From positions 933 through 64,932 of the forward strand of contig JAXLTT010000018.1 of the NCBI GenBank assembly GCA_046329875.1: DNA of 64,000 bases. Reading direction: 5' to 3'. This document shows positions 1 to 10,800 of this stretch, in pieces. Each line of letters starts with the position of its first letter. Within the stretch, counting starts at the first letter, position 1. The position numbers and the translations under genes are program-made. This stretch comes from Bacteroidales bacterium (GTDB lineage: Bacteria > Bacteroidota > Bacteroidia > Bacteroidales > VadinHA17). Below the pieces are notes generated by a model. The model worked only from the letters and a program-made list of their open reading frames with translations, was not told where the DNA came from and did no database searches.

Positions 1-486
1 TATCTGCCTTTCACCACCGCTGAAGATATTTACATAATCTATATAATCATCGCTCGCCTCGGTCACCGACACGCTGTTCCATCCCGATTTCTTTGATACG
101 ATGAAAACGATACCGACAATTATAAAGATAGATGGCCAGAACATGTTATACATGTGGAAAGTTTCGCTGAATATTATAGGGATAAGGAAAAATGCACCTA
201 CTGCCATTATTATGATCCCCGAAGTCTTGCTTCCCGAAGAGCCTATTGTAATAACGAGACCGATTACAACAAGAAGCATCGGCCAGCTGAAAATAACGCT
301 GTCGATGAAGCCCGAGAAGATCCCGGTGTTCCTCAGTACAAGGAACAGTCCGGCGAGAACAAGTATTATACCTATTATCCCCCTGTTACTGTTAAGATGC
401 CTGTGCTCCCTCATTTCATTTTTCAGGTTACGGCGCTCCTCCCTCATCCGGTGGCGCTCATCTCTGTAGTTATCATTAGTTTCCAT
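1..486 (-). CDS. LiaF-like multi-pass membrane protein (3' end truncated by window edge)
   Basis: My own minus-strand translation from ATG at 486 (METNDNYRDERHRM...) stays open to position 1 and shows several hydrophobic helices. The overlapping plus-strand ORFs 101-469 and 154-513 look like shadows of it. Confidence 0.55.
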   Translation of the reverse strand, partial: METNDNYRDERHRMREERRNLKNEMREHRHLNSNRGIIGIILVLAGLFLVLRNTGIFSGFIDSVIFSWPMLLVVIGLVITIGSSGSKTSGIIIMAVGAFFLIPIIFSETFHMYNMFWPSIFIIVGIVFIVSKKSGWNSVSVTEASDDYIDYVNIFSGGERQI

Positions 487-509
487 AGCGGTAAATTTAT
501 TGTTTTTAT

Positions 510-857
510 TTAATTAATCTCCTTTTTTCCCCTGCGTATGAGCGAGGAAACTATAAATGACAGGCCAATCAGGATAATAACACCCGGCCAGTAGAGTGTT
601 TTTACATACTGTGGCAGGTCGTAGTAAACCTGGTCGAGAAGGAACCATGTTCCTCCTGCTATGCACAGGATTCCTCCTGTAAAATTCAGATTAACGAGCA
701 GCAGTACACCAACAAAGATCAGTATGGTCTGCCATGTAAAATAGTTATGAAAGCTTCCAAGGTGAAAAAAGTCGTTTGTTGCTGCCAGAAGTGCCAGGCC
801 AAGAACAATGAAGAAAAGTCCTATGCCTACTCGTGGATGATGTTCTCTGCGTCTCAT
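510..857 (-). CDS. small membrane protein (LiaI/LiaF-type TM region-like)
   Basis: 115 aa with 3-4 hydrophobic helices, in tandem with the previous membrane ORF. Confidence 0.5.
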   Translation of the reverse strand: MRRREHHPRVGIGLFFIVLGLALLAATNDFFHLGSFHNYFTWQTILIFVGVLLLVNLNFTGGILCIAGGTWFLLDQVYYDLPQYVKTLYWPGVIILIGLSFIVSSLIRRGKKEIN

Positions 858-1011
858 TTCTTTTCGTTTTTACCTGCAGCAAAAATATGTTTGAACAATA
901 GCGTGTGGTGAGTCCTTTTCGGCGAACGGCGGGTAAATGCCGGTAAATGACGTTTTGAAGCAAGTCGTGTTACTTTTTTGTTCATAATTTTTTTAATTGG
1001 CGAAGGATTTA

Positions 1012-1019
1012 TATTTTTG
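1012..1019 (+). promoter_or_regulatory. candidate Bacteroidota -7 box (TATTTTTG, fits TAnnTTTG)
   Basis: The motif lies about 20 nt upstream of the yceD-like start. Confidence 0.35.
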
Positions 1020-1036
1020 CAGACCAAAATTTTAAA

Positions 1037-1555
1037 ATGATGGCCGGTTTATATGTTATACCGTTAAGCGGTTTAAAGGATGGTCGGCACACTTATAATT
1101 TTGAAATAGGGGAATCGTTCTTTGCTCAGTTTGAAGATTCAGAGATTTCAAAGGGGGATCTTACGGCAATAGTGGAGCTTGACAAACACTCCACGCATCT
1201 CGACCTGAGGTTTCATATCACAGGATATGTTGAAACAGGTTGCGACAGGTGCCTTGAGATTTACAGGCAGCCGGTTGAAAGTGATAACAGGCTTCTCGTG
1301 AAGATTGGAAGCAAGTGGGATGATGAAGATCCGGAAATGATTACGATCCCGACTGATGAACATGAACTCGATTTAATACAGTATCTTTATGAGTTCATTT
1401 CGCTTTCGCTTCCGATTCAGCGTATACATCCCGATGACGCGGAAGGCAACAGCACCTGCGACCCCGAGATGATCAGGAAACTGAACGAGCATGCTGCGCC
1501 GGGAGACAATGACCCCAGGTGGGATGAATTGAAAAAGTTGATGAATAAAAATTAA
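1037..1555 (+). CDS. YceD/DUF177 family protein
   Basis: 172 aa acidic protein with a CxxC (CDRC), immediately upstream of rpmF, which is the canonical yceD-rpmF-plsX-fabH arrangement. Confidence 0.8.
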   Translation: MMAGLYVIPLSGLKDGRHTYNFEIGESFFAQFEDSEISKGDLTAIVELDKHSTHLDLRFHITGYVETGCDRCLEIYRQPVESDNRLLVKIGSKWDDEDPEMITIPTDEHELDLIQYLYEFISLSLPIQRIHPDDAEGNSTCDPEMIRKLNEHAAPGDNDPRWDELKKLMNKN

Positions 1556-1567
1556 ATAAGAAGAGAA

Positions 1568-1753
1568 ATGGCACATCCGAAACATAAACACTCGAAGACC
1601 AGGAGAGACAAGAGGAGAACTCATTACAAGGCAACTGCTCCTACAACAGCTTCCTGCTCAAACTGCGGATCTCCCGTTCAGTATCACAGGGTATGTCCGG
1701 AATGCGGATATTACAGGGGAAAACCTGCTATAGAGAAAAAAGTTTCAGCATAG
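1568..1753 (+). CDS. rpmF: 50S ribosomal protein L32
   Basis: MAHPKHKHSKTRRDKRR N-terminus, CxxC...CxxC zinc ribbon, 61 aa. Confidence 0.95.
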   Translation: MAHPKHKHSKTRRDKRRTHYKATAPTTASCSNCGSPVQYHRVCPECGYYRGKPAIEKKVSA

Positions 1754-1777
1754 ATCCGTTTAACTAAACGGTAAGAG

Positions 1778-2716
1778 ATGAGAATAGGTCTCGACGTAAT
1801 GGGCGGCGATTTTGCTCCCGATGCAGTAATTGAGGGAGCTGCCGATTCGCTTTCACACCTTGGAAAGGATGAAAAACTTGTTCTTATCGGAAATGAACAG
1901 CATATCCTCGACAAACTCAGGGGTATGTCTGTTGATCCTTCCCGTTTCGAAATAGTAAATACCACACAGGTTATCGAGATGGGCGACCATCCGGCCAAGG
2001 CATTCTCACAGAAAAAGAATTCAAGCATTGCCGTTGGATATGGTATGCTTAAAAGCGGGCTGATCGACGGATTTTGCAGCGCCGGCAATACAGGCGCCAT
2101 GCTCGTCGGAGCCAGTTATACAGTAAATGTGATACCTGGTGTTCTCCGCCCCGCACTCGCCACACTGATACCCTCTGTATCAGGCAAGGCATCAGTGATT
2201 CTCGATGTTGGCCTTAACCCCGATACCAAACCCGATGTCCTTCTCCAGTATGGCATACTCGGAAGGATTTTTGCACAGGACGTGCTCGAAATAAGCAATC
2301 CCACTGTAGGGCTTCTGAACATCGGTGAAGAGGAAACTAAGGGAACACCTGCAATAAAGTCAGCCTATGAGCTGATGAAAGACAATCCTGCTCTCAATTT
2401 CACAGGGAATATTGAGGGTAACCACCTCTATTCCGACAAGATGCCCGATGTAATAGTTTGCGACGGCTTTGTTGGAAATGTAGTACTCAAACAGACCGAA
2501 GCATTCCACCATGTCTGCGCTCTCAAGAATATAAGCGATCCGTTCTTCGACCAGCTCGATTTCGAGAATATCGGCGGAACGCCTGTAATCGGGATAAACG
2601 CAAACGTTGTTATCGGTCATGGAATATCGAAGCGAAAAGCTATAATGAATATGGTTCTCCAGACAAAGGCAGTTGTTCATGCTGACCTCGCCCAGAGAAT
2701 CAAAGAAGCTATTTAA
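1778..2716 (+). CDS. plsX: phosphate acyltransferase PlsX
   Basis: 312 aa with [14 protein letters not shown] start, in rpmF-plsX-fabH synteny. Confidence 0.93.
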   Translation: MRIGLDVMGGDFAPDAVIEGAADSLSHLGKDEKLVLIGNEQHILDKLRGMSVDPSRFEIVNTTQVIEMGDHPAKAFSQKKNSSIAVGYGMLKSGLIDGFCSAGNTGAMLVGASYTVNVIPGVLRPALATLIPSVSGKASVILDVGLNPDTKPDVLLQYGILGRIFAQDVLEISNPTVGLLNIGEEETKGTPAIKSAYELMKDNPALNFTGNIEGNHLYSDKMPDVIVCDGFVGNVVLKQTEAFHHVCALKNISDPFFDQLDFENIGGTPVIGINANVVIGHGISKRKAIMNMVLQTKAVVHADLAQRIKEAI

Positions 2717-2721
2717 CAATT

Positions 2722-3720
2722 ATGGGAAAACTGAGGGCTGCTGTTACCGGGATCAATGCCTGGGTCCCTGAATACAGATTAACCAACCATGAACTGTCTA
2801 CCCTCGTCGATACTTCCGACGAGTGGATAATGCAGAGGGTGGGCATCAAGGAAAGAAGAATTCTTAAAGGAGAAGGTCTCGGAACTTCCGATCTTGGCTA
2901 CAAAGCCGTCCTTGGACTCCTTGAAAAGACAAACACTTCACCCGACGAGGTGGATCTCCTTGTCTGCGCCACAGTCACTCCCGACATGCTTTTCCCCGCC
3001 ACGGCAAACATTATCTGTGACAAAGCCGGGATAAAAAACGCATTCAGCTTCGACCTAGGAGCAGCCTGCTCGGGATTTCTGTTTTCCCTGCAGACAGCTG
3101 CAACCTATGTTGAATCAGGAAGATATAAGAAAGTTATTGTTGTAGGTGCCGACAAAATGTCATCTATAACTGACTATACAGACCGTACAACATGCCCGCT
3201 TTTTGGTGATGCTGCCGCAGCCGTCCTTCTCGAACCAACTACTGATGAGTATGGCATTATGGACCATATCTTCCATGTTGATGGTTCGGGCAGGAAATTC
3301 CTTCATCTCAAAGCCGGAGGCTCAGTGAAACCTGCTTCGCATGCAACAGTCGATGCAAGGGAACATTATGTTTACCAGGAAGGACAGGCAGTTTTCAAAT
3401 TTGCCGTTACCAATATGGCTGATGTTGCAGTCCAGATTATGGAGAAAAATAACCTTACAGCAGATGATGTTGCATGGCTCGTTCCTCACCAGGCCAACCT
3501 CAGGATAATCGATGCCACGGGAAGGAGAATGGGTATCTCTCCGGATAAGGTTATGATAAACATTGAAAAGTACGGGAATACAACTGCAGCAACAATTCCA
3601 CTTGTGCTTTCAGAGTTTGAGCCAAAACTGAAAAAAGGGGACAATCTTATCCTTGCAGCTTTCGGAGGAGGATTCACCTGGGGTTCGATATGGCTCCGCT
3701 GGGCTTACGACCAGAAATAA
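2722..3720 (+). CDS. fabH: 3-oxoacyl-ACP synthase III
   Basis: Active-site Cys context GAACSGF, HQAN and GNT motifs, 332 aa. Confidence 0.93.
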   Translation: MGKLRAAVTGINAWVPEYRLTNHELSTLVDTSDEWIMQRVGIKERRILKGEGLGTSDLGYKAVLGLLEKTNTSPDEVDLLVCATVTPDMLFPATANIICDKAGIKNAFSFDLGAACSGFLFSLQTAATYVESGRYKKVIVVGADKMSSITDYTDRTTCPLFGDAAAAVLLEPTTDEYGIMDHIFHVDGSGRKFLHLKAGGSVKPASHATVDAREHYVYQEGQAVFKFAVTNMADVAVQIMEKNNLTADDVAWLVPHQANLRIIDATGRRMGISPDKVMINIEKYGNTTAATIPLVLSEFEPKLKKGDNLILAAFGGGFTWGSIWLRWAYDQK

Positions 3721-3781
3721 TTCCACCCTTTACCGGATTCAACAAAAAAACGTGCAGGTACATTTTATCTGCAATAGTTTT

Positions 3782-3789
3782 TATATTTG
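3782..3789 (+). promoter_or_regulatory. candidate -7 box TATATTTG
   Basis: TAnnTTTG match 36 nt upstream of the bactofilin/atp cluster start. Confidence 0.35.
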
Positions 3790-3824
3790 TGAGTTATTAT
3801 TTCTAAGATTTAACTCCGACAGCC

Positions 3825-4232
3825 ATGGCAAAGTACAATGAGACAGAAAATCCTACAATAAACCTCATAAGTAACGGAACCGATATTACCGGCGATATAA
3901 AATCAAACGGCGATATCCGTATCGATGGAACCCTTACAGGTAACCTGAGCACAAAAGGCAAGGTTGTAATTGGTCCGACAGGAAGAATCAAAGGAGAGGT
4001 AATCTGCAAAAACTCTGAAGTATCCGGCGTCATCGAGGGTAAAATAAGTGTCGGACAGCTTCTGAATCTTAAAGCCTCGTCAAAAATACTTGGAGACATT
4101 GTCACATCGAAGCTTGCAATTGAACCGGGTGCACGTTTTACAGGAAATTGCAATATGACCGATTCAGAAGAAAATGGAGGATCCGTCAATTCAAAAGGAC
4201 CAGAAAAACCAGGAGAAAAAGCAGGAAAATAA
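3825..4232 (+). CDS. bactofilin (polymer-forming cytoskeletal protein)
   Basis: Repetitive beta-helix pattern (DITGDIKSNGDIRIDGTLTGNL...IKGEV...VSGVIEGKI) typical of DUF583/bactofilin. Confidence 0.8.
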   Translation: MAKYNETENPTINLISNGTDITGDIKSNGDIRIDGTLTGNLSTKGKVVIGPTGRIKGEVICKNSEVSGVIEGKISVGQLLNLKASSKILGDIVTSKLAIEPGARFTGNCNMTDSEENGGSVNSKGPEKPGEKAGK

Positions 4233-4422
4233 CGGACTCAGGAATTTTGCCCGTTATTCCGGCCTTGGCATCCAGATGGGTGTGATAATCTTCATTACCG
4301 TCTGGGGCGGTATGAAACTCGATCACCTCCTTCTGCTTAAAACACCAGTCTTTACTATAGTACTGTCATTGCTTGGCGTGTTTGCTGCAATCTATACTGC
4401 CATCAGGGATTTTATAAGGTAA
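4174..4422 (+). CDS. AtpZ/AtpI-like small membrane protein of the F-ATPase operon
   Basis: NFARYSGLGIQMGVIIF...GMKLD motif and two TM helices. The start is uncertain because the ORF overlaps the bactofilin 3' end by 59 nt. Confidence 0.6.
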   Translation: MEDPSIQKDQKNQEKKQENNGLRNFARYSGLGIQMGVIIFITVWGGMKLDHLLLLKTPVFTIVLSLLGVFAAIYTAIRDFIR

Positions 4423-4808
4423 TGAATGATACGCTGAAATACCTTGCCCTTACCCTGGTTCTCCTGCTGATTATCCTTACTGCAGGAGCCATCCTTGTAA
4501 AAAACAGCAGTACCGATTTCACATTCAGCGAATACTTCCTCCTTTCATTTTCAATGGCTTCCATAGCCGCTGCAGTTATTTTAATCTTCATGCGCGGTCA
4601 GCATCGCGAAGCAAAGGAAGAAGTAATGTTCACATTTACCGCGATAGGATTGAAATTCGTCCTCGAACTGTTTCTCGCAATGGCATGGTTTCTCATCGCT
4701 AAAAAAAGCTCCATCCAATGTGTGATATTGTTTTTTGTACTATATTTAACGTTCTCGATCTTTACGGTCGTTTGTATATTAAAAAGATTGAAAAAGAAAT
4801 CTTTATAA
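4422..4808 (+). CDS. hypothetical 4-TM membrane protein in the atp operon
   Basis: 128 aa, hydrophobic, TAATG overlap with the preceding ORF. Confidence 0.55.
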   Translation: MNDTLKYLALTLVLLLIILTAGAILVKNSSTDFTFSEYFLLSFSMASIAAAVILIFMRGQHREAKEEVMFTFTAIGLKFVLELFLAMAWFLIAKKSSIQCVILFFVLYLTFSIFTVVCILKRLKKKSL

Positions 4809-4821
4809 AGAGATTAAGGAT

Positions 4822-5913
4822 TTGAAAACAATTAAGCTTCTCGGAATTCTTCTGCTCCTTGCCGCTGTATCTGCTTTCAGCACGGTTTCGGCACAGGAAG
4901 AGCACCAGGCAGAAAAGAAGGATTCCCTTTCAAAGGAGACCAAGGAGGCAGAATTCGTTCCAAGTGAATTCATTATAGAACATGTATCCGATTCCCACGA
5001 ATGGCATATTCTTACAAAAAAGAACGGGGAACCTGTTGCTCTTTACCTCCCTGTTATACTCTTCGAGAAAGATAAAGGCATAACATGTTTTTCTTCAAGG
5101 AAACTCGCCCATGGTAAGGTTTATAAAGGGTATAAACTCATTGAGGAAGGTGACCTTAAAGGGAAAATTGCCACAGTGAATGCTGCCGGAGAAGCTGATG
5201 AGAAAAACCTTCCGCTCGACTTCTCGATTACAAAGGCGATTGTTGGTATGCTCGGGGCAGTTATTATCGGCCTCTTCCTCTTTATTTCAATGGCAAGATC
5301 ATATAAGAAAACAGGGATAAGCGCACCAAAAGGCATCCAGAGTTTTCTCGAACCTGTAATACTGTTTGTACGTGATGATATAGCAGTTGCAAACCTCGGG
5401 GAGCATAAGGCTGAGAAATACATGCCCTACCTCCTTACGGTTTTCTTCTTCATCCTTATAAACAACCTGATGGGACTCATTCCCTTCCCTCCGCCTTTCG
5501 GAGCCAGCGTGACAGGCAACGTGAATGTGACCTTTGTACTTGCCCTCTTCACCTTCCTTATTGTTCAGTTCAGCGGAAACAGGGCTTACTGGAAACATGT
5601 ATTTGCCACACCCGGAGTACCTTACTGGTTGCTTCCCATAATGATAGTCGTTGAGATCATCGGTCTTTTCTCAAAGCCATTCGCCCTCATGATCCGACTT
5701 TTTGCAAACATTACTGCAGGGCATATTATAGTACTCAGCCTTGTGTGCCTGATCTTTATTTTCAAATCACTGGCTGTGGCACCGGTTTCAATAGCTTTCG
5801 TACTGTTCATGGATTGCCTCGAACTTCTTGTGGCCTTCCTGCAGGCATATATTTTCACACTCCTTACATCGCTGTTCATAAGCATGGCGATGCCGGAGGA
5901 ACATCATCATTAG
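4822..5913 (+). CDS. atpB: F0F1 ATP synthase subunit a
   Basis: C-terminal LMIRLFANITAGH motif with the conserved Arg. It has a long N-terminal extension and an apparent TTG start. Confidence 0.9.
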   Translation: MKTIKLLGILLLLAAVSAFSTVSAQEEHQAEKKDSLSKETKEAEFVPSEFIIEHVSDSHEWHILTKKNGEPVALYLPVILFEKDKGITCFSSRKLAHGKVYKGYKLIEEGDLKGKIATVNAAGEADEKNLPLDFSITKAIVGMLGAVIIGLFLFISMARSYKKTGISAPKGIQSFLEPVILFVRDDIAVANLGEHKAEKYMPYLLTVFFFILINNLMGLIPFPPPFGASVTGNVNVTFVLALFTFLIVQFSGNRAYWKHVFATPGVPYWLLPIMIVVEIIGLFSKPFALMIRLFANITAGHIIVLSLVCLIFIFKSLAVAPVSIAFVLFMDCLELLVAFLQAYIFTLLTSLFISMAMPEEHHH

Positions 5914-5945
5914 ACCTTTTATGTATAACTAAATATATTTCAATT

Positions 5946-6155
5946 ATGACAGGAGCAACATTTGCAGCAATAGGAGCAGGACTCGCAGTTATCGGGGCAG
6001 GTCTTGGTATCGGTCGTATCGGTGGTTCAGCAATGGAAGCCATTGCACGCCAGCCCGAAGCAACCAACAAGATACAGCTTGCCATGATCATCGCAGCCGC
6101 TCTTATAGAAGGAGCAGCACTGTTCGCTATCGTTGTGGCAATGATAGCCAAGTAA
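5946..6155 (+). CDS. atpE: F0F1 ATP synthase subunit c
   Basis: 69 aa hairpin with GxGxGxG and the ARQPE loop. ATG at 5946 was chosen over the 5745 in-frame extension. Confidence 0.9.
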   Translation: MTGATFAAIGAGLAVIGAGLGIGRIGGSAMEAIARQPEATNKIQLAMIIAAALIEGAALFAIVVAMIAK

Positions 6156-6225
6156 AGATTAACGGGGCGCACACGGCGGTTGGCCGCGGCGCCTCATTTT
6201 TAAGAAAAACCATAAAAGACAAAAT

Positions 6226-6738
6226 ATGATTCTTGCAAACAGTCTTGCATCCCCCGCCATCGGGACAGTGTTCTGGACAACACTGATCTTCGTTCTTTTC
6301 TTTCTCATGCTTTCAAAATTCGCATGGAAACCTATCCTGAAGGCAGTAAAGGCAAGGGATGAGATAATAAAAGGATCCCTCGAATCGGCTGAGAAAGCCC
6401 GCGAGGATATGAAACGCATGCAGGCCGATAACGAAGCTATCCTTAAAAAGGCACGCGAGGAGAGGGAAAACATCCTCAGGGATGCCAGGGATGTACGCGA
6501 CAAGCTTATAAATGAGGCGAAGGGAAAAGCCACTGAAGAGGCTGAAAAACTCATTGAAAAAGCCCGTGAAACAATAGAGAGGGAAAAGAACAAAGCCCTG
6601 TCTGAAATACACGAGCAGGTAGCCTACCTTTCAATAGAAGTTGCCTCGAAGATTCTCGGGGAGAAGCTGCAGCAGTCAGACCAGCAGAACAAGCTTATTG
6701 AAGGGTACCTTAAAGACCTTGAAAAGAACAAAAACTAG
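6226..6738 (+). CDS. atpF: F0F1 ATP synthase subunit b
   Basis: One N-terminal TM helix followed by a long charged helix; operon position. Confidence 0.88.
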   Translation: MILANSLASPAIGTVFWTTLIFVLFFLMLSKFAWKPILKAVKARDEIIKGSLESAEKAREDMKRMQADNEAILKKAREERENILRDARDVRDKLINEAKGKATEEAEKLIEKARETIEREKNKALSEIHEQVAYLSIEVASKILGEKLQQSDQQNKLIEGYLKDLEKNKN

Positions 6739-6750
6739 GAAACTTTTTAA

Positions 6751-7302
6751 ATGAACGACAGCAAGATATCCGTCAGGTACGCCAGGGCTCTGTTCCAGTC
6801 GGCTGTTGAGAAAAAAATCCTCGACAAGGTCTTACAGGATATGATCTTTATTTCCAGCCTCTGCGAAATGGAAGAGGTAAAAGAGGTACTTGTCAGCCCC
6901 ATAATAGTTCCTTCAAAGAAAAAATCAATTCTCTCGGGTATCCTTGAAAAGAATGTCGAGAAAATAACACTTTCTCTTGTCGACCTGCTTATCCAGAATG
7001 GAAGGGAAGATCACCTGCCGGCCGTGGCAAGAGTGTTCAGGGATGAGACACGCAGGCACATGGGTATTACAGAAACCACTCTTGTTACCGCAGTGCCGGT
7101 AAATGACAAAATAAGAAAGGAAATAACTGACCTTGTTACCTCTGTTTTCAAAACTAAAGTTGAACTGAAAGAATCTGTTGATAAAGAGATAATAGGGGGA
7201 TTTATCCTGAGGGTGAATGATAACTATATCGACGCCAGCGTTAAGAACAAACTCAGGATGATTAAGAAAAACCTGTCAGTAAAACCCGCAACAAAAGAAT
7301 AA
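6751..7302 (+). CDS. atpH: F0F1 ATP synthase subunit delta
   Basis: 183 aa, SVRYARALF start typical of OSCP/delta; operon position. Confidence 0.88.
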   Translation: MNDSKISVRYARALFQSAVEKKILDKVLQDMIFISSLCEMEEVKEVLVSPIIVPSKKKSILSGILEKNVEKITLSLVDLLIQNGREDHLPAVARVFRDETRRHMGITETTLVTAVPVNDKIRKEITDLVTSVFKTKVELKESVDKEIIGGFILRVNDNYIDASVKNKLRMIKKNLSVKPATKE

Positions 7303-7324
7303 CAAAAACAATTTGTATTGAAAT

Positions 7325-8902
7325 ATGGCAAACATTAAACCAGCAGAAGTCTCAAAGATCCTTAAGCAGCAGCTTGAAGGAGTTCAGACTGGCGTGCAAC
7401 TGGAAGAGGTTGGCACCGTTCTCCAGGTAGGAGACGGTATCGCCCGTATTTATGGCCTTTCCAATGCCCAGTCAAATGAGCTCATCGAGTTTGAGAACGG
7501 GATGGAAGCTATTGTGCTTAACCTCGAGGAAGATAACATCGGCGCCGTATTGCTCGGACCAACCGAAGAGATCAAGGAAGGTGACATAGTAAAAAGAACA
7601 GGTCGTATCGCCTCAATAAAGGTTGGCGAAGGACTGCTCGGAAGGGTTATCACCCCAACCGGCCAGCCTGTTGACGGAAAAGGACCCGTAACAGGTGAAC
7701 TTTATGAAATGCCCTTCGAAAGAAAAGCTCCCGGTGTGATATTCCGCCAGCCTGTTAAACAGCCGCTCCAGACGGGTATCAAATCGATAGACGCGATGAT
7801 ACCAATCGGAAGAGGCCAGAGGGAACTTATAATCGGCGACCGCCAGACTGGTAAGACTGCCATCGCCATCGATACAATTATAAACCAGAGAAGCAACTTC
7901 GAGAAGGGCAAACCAGTATATTGCATATATGTTGCCGTTGGCCAGAAAGGATCAACCGTAGCAAACATAGCTTCAATACTCGAATCACACGGCGCCCTCG
8001 AATATACTGTAATCGTTGTTGCAACAGCATCCGACCCTGCCGCATCACAGTTCTATGCTCCTTTTGCAGGCGCTGCGATAGGTGAATTTTTCCGCGACAC
8101 CGGAAGGGATGCACTCATAATCTACGACGACCTTTCGAAACAGGCCGTTTCTTACAGGGAAGTCTCACTTCTGCTCCGTCGTCCTCCCGGGCGCGAAGCA
8201 TACCCCGGTGACGTTTTCTACCTGCACTCACGACTGCTTGAAAGAGCTGCTAAAGTGATTGAATCAGATGAGGTTGCAAAACAGATGAACGATCTTCCCG
8301 CATCAATAAAACATCTTGTAAAAGGTGGCGGATCACTTACTGCACTCCCAATTATCGAAACCCAGGCGGGTGACGTATCGGCATATATCCCTACTAACGT
8401 TATTTCAATTACCGACGGTCAGATCTTCCTTGAGTCAGGTTTGTTTAACTCTGGTGTTCGCCCGGCAGTAAACGTTGGTATCTCCGTTTCAAGGGTTGGT
8501 GGTAATGCCCAGATCAAGGCAATGAAGAAAATCGCCGGTACCCTAAAGGTCGACCAGGCCCAGTACAGGGAACTTGAAGCATTTGCGAAATTCGGATCTG
8601 ACCTCGACGCAGCTACCCTTGCAATTCTCGATAAAGGATCAAAGAACGTTGAGATCCTTAAACAGGGACAGTATTCTCCTGTTGCCGTCGAGAAACAGGT
8701 CGCTATAATCTATTGCGGTACAAAAGGCCTTCTCAGGGATGTTCCCCTCCATAAGGTAAGGGAATTTGAAAAGGACTTTATTGAATATCTCGAGATGAAG
8801 CACAGGAATGTACTGGACACACTCCGCGATGGTAACATTACACAGGAGGTTACCGATACACTCGAGAGAGTTGCGGCAGAAACATCATTGAAATACAGGT
8901 AG
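7325..8902 (+). CDS. atpA: F0F1 ATP synthase subunit alpha
   Basis: Walker A GDRQTGKT, 525 aa. Confidence 0.97.
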   Translation: MANIKPAEVSKILKQQLEGVQTGVQLEEVGTVLQVGDGIARIYGLSNAQSNELIEFENGMEAIVLNLEEDNIGAVLLGPTEEIKEGDIVKRTGRIASIKVGEGLLGRVITPTGQPVDGKGPVTGELYEMPFERKAPGVIFRQPVKQPLQTGIKSIDAMIPIGRGQRELIIGDRQTGKTAIAIDTIINQRSNFEKGKPVYCIYVAVGQKGSTVANIASILESHGALEYTVIVVATASDPAASQFYAPFAGAAIGEFFRDTGRDALIIYDDLSKQAVSYREVSLLLRRPPGREAYPGDVFYLHSRLLERAAKVIESDEVAKQMNDLPASIKHLVKGGGSLTALPIIETQAGDVSAYIPTNVISITDGQIFLESGLFNSGVRPAVNVGISVSRVGGNAQIKAMKKIAGTLKVDQAQYRELEAFAKFGSDLDAATLAILDKGSKNVEILKQGQYSPVAVEKQVAIIYCGTKGLLRDVPLHKVREFEKDFIEYLEMKHRNVLDTLRDGNITQEVTDTLERVAAETSLKYR

Positions 8903-8934
8903 TAACTGGCAGGAATATAGCTCGTTAATATATA

Positions 8935-9819
8935 ATGGCTAATCTAAAGGCAATACGGACAAGGATCAGCTCCGTCAAATCAACAAGGCAGATAACCTCG
9001 GCCATGAAAATGGTGTCGGCTGCCAAGTTGAGAAAGGCACAGGACAGGATTGTAAGGCTGCGGCCATATGCCGACAAGCTGCATGAGATACTTGTCGGGC
9101 TGACATCAAGCATGACCGAGTCCGAGGATGAAAACATATACGGACGCATCTCGGAACCTGAAAAAGTTCTTATCGTCGTCATAACCTCAAACAGGGGATT
9201 CTGCGGAGGTTTTAACGCCAACGTTATAAGAATGACAAGGAGGATGATGGCCGAGAAGTACCATGCACAGCAAAGCAGGGGTAACCTCTGGTTCATCGCC
9301 ATAGGGAAAAAGGGATATGACTTCCTCAAGAGCCAGAAAGTGAACATCCTCGAGGAAAACAACCACATCTTTAATGCTCTCACATTCGAGAATGTGTCAC
9401 TTGTTGCATCGAGGATTATGGAGGCTTTTGCAGAAGGTAAGTTTGACAGGGTTGAACTTGTTTATAACCAGTTCAAGAACGCTGCAGTACAGAACCTTAT
9501 GACTGAAGTCTTCCTTCCTGTTGAGAATGAGGAAGAGACAAATTCCGGCAACGCGCTTGCAGATTATATCTACGAACCTACAAGGGAGGAGATTGTTAAG
9601 GATCTTATCCCCAAATCACTTAAGATACAGTTCTACAAGGCAGTGCTCGATTCCTTTGTCGCAGAACATGGTGCAAGGATGACTGCAATGCATAAGGCTA
9701 CCGATAATGCGACACAGCTTATCAGGGACCTGACACTCCAGTATAATAAAGCAAGACAGGCTTCTATCACGAACCAGATTCTCGAGGTAGTAAGCGGTGC
9801 TGAAGCGCTCAAGGGATAA
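8935..9819 (+). CDS. atpG: F0F1 ATP synthase subunit gamma
   Basis: MANLKAIRTRISSVKSTRQITSAMKMVSAAKLRKAQ start, 294 aa. Confidence 0.95.
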   Translation: MANLKAIRTRISSVKSTRQITSAMKMVSAAKLRKAQDRIVRLRPYADKLHEILVGLTSSMTESEDENIYGRISEPEKVLIVVITSNRGFCGGFNANVIRMTRRMMAEKYHAQQSRGNLWFIAIGKKGYDFLKSQKVNILEENNHIFNALTFENVSLVASRIMEAFAEGKFDRVELVYNQFKNAAVQNLMTEVFLPVENEEETNSGNALADYIYEPTREEIVKDLIPKSLKIQFYKAVLDSFVAEHGARMTAMHKATDNATQLIRDLTLQYNKARQASITNQILEVVSGAEALKG

Positions 9820-9825
9820 CTACAT

Positions 9826-10800
9826 ATGTACAGTCAGTCTGAGCTAAAGGATTTAGTCGATAAGGCTATTGTAAATCTTTCGCTTTCATCGGAAGCTGAG
9901 AGACTTACAGATCCCGTTAAATATATTCTTTCAATAGGCGGCAAGAGGCTCAGGCCTGTTCTTGCCCTTATGGCCTGCAACCTGTTCCGCGACAAGATCG
10001 ATGAGGCAATAATGCCCGCAACCGGGCTGGAGGTTTTTCATAATTTCACCCTCGTTCACGACGACATAATGGACCAGGCCCCGATAAGGAGAGGCCTTGC
10101 AACTGTCCATATGAAATGGAATGTTAACCAGGCAATTCTCTCAGGCGATGTTATGGCCTTCGTTGCAAACGAATGTTTTCTCCAGGCCCCACAGGCGTCA
10201 CTCTCAAAGGTATTCAGGACCTACAATAAAGCGGCAATAGAGGTCTGCATAGGCCAGCAGCTTGATATGGACTTCGAAAAACTCGCAAGGGTGTCTCTTG
10301 ACGAATACATAAGGATGATAGAGCTTAAAACTGCAGTCCTGCTTGCAGCCTCTGCAAGGATTGGCGCACAGATAGCCGAAGCCCCCGACAGGGATGCCGA
10401 CCACCTTTATGAGTTTGGAAGAAACCTCGGACTTGCCTTCCAGGTGCAGGACGATCTCCTTGATGCCTACGGTGAAACTGGTGTTTTTGGCAAGACATCG
10501 GGAGGAGATATAGTGATAAATAAGAAAACTTTCCTCCTTGTTAAAGCTCTTGAAATGGCAACAGGAAATACACTTAAGTCACTGAACCACCTTCTTGCCC
10601 AGAAGGATTTTGACCCTGAGGAAAAAGTGCTGAAGGTAAAGGAGATATACGATTCACTTAATATAAGGCCTGCAACGGAAAAGCTCGCTTCGGATTATAT
10701 AGAACAGGCACTTGTTAACCTTGAAAAGACAGAGGCTGATCCAAAAAGAAAAAGGGAGCTCACCTCCCTGGCAAACTCCCTTCTCGGCCGGAATAAATAA
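9826..10800 (+). CDS. polyprenyl diphosphate synthase (trans-IPPS family)
   Basis: Two Asp-rich motifs, LVHDDIMD and QVQDDLLD. Confidence 0.88.
   Translation: MYSQSELKDLVDKAIVNLSLSSEAERLTDPVKYILSIGGKRLRPVLALMACNLFRDKIDEAIMPATGLEVFHNFTLVHDDIMDQAPIRRGLATVHMKWNVNQAILSGDVMAFVANECFLQAPQASLSKVFRTYNKAAIEVCIGQQLDMDFEKLARVSLDEYIRMIELKTAVLLAASARIGAQIAEAPDRDADHLYEFGRNLGLAFQVQDDLLDAYGETGVFGKTSGGDIVINKKTFLLVKALEMATGNTLKSLNHLLAQKDFDPEEKVLKVKEIYDSLNIRPATEKLASDYIEQALVNLEKTEADPKRKRELTSLANSLLGRNK

Noticed and set aside
101-513. Plus-strand ORFs 101-469 and 154-513
   Set aside because: The opposite strand carries an uninterrupted reading frame from ATG 486 to the window edge with clear TM-helix periodicity. 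The plus-strand ORFs are antisense shadows.
5745-5945. In-frame 5' extension of atpE (ORF 5745-6155)
   Set aside because: It overlaps the atpB 3' end. Subunit c is a protein of about 70 aa, and ATG at 5946 gives the canonical two-helix protein.
6159-6612. Antisense ORFs inside the atp genes (6159-6593, 6313-6612, 5876-6172, 7450-8114 and others) and inside other large genes
   Set aside because: They overlap well-supported conserved genes on the opposite strand and have low-complexity composition. This is a typical antisense ORF artefact.
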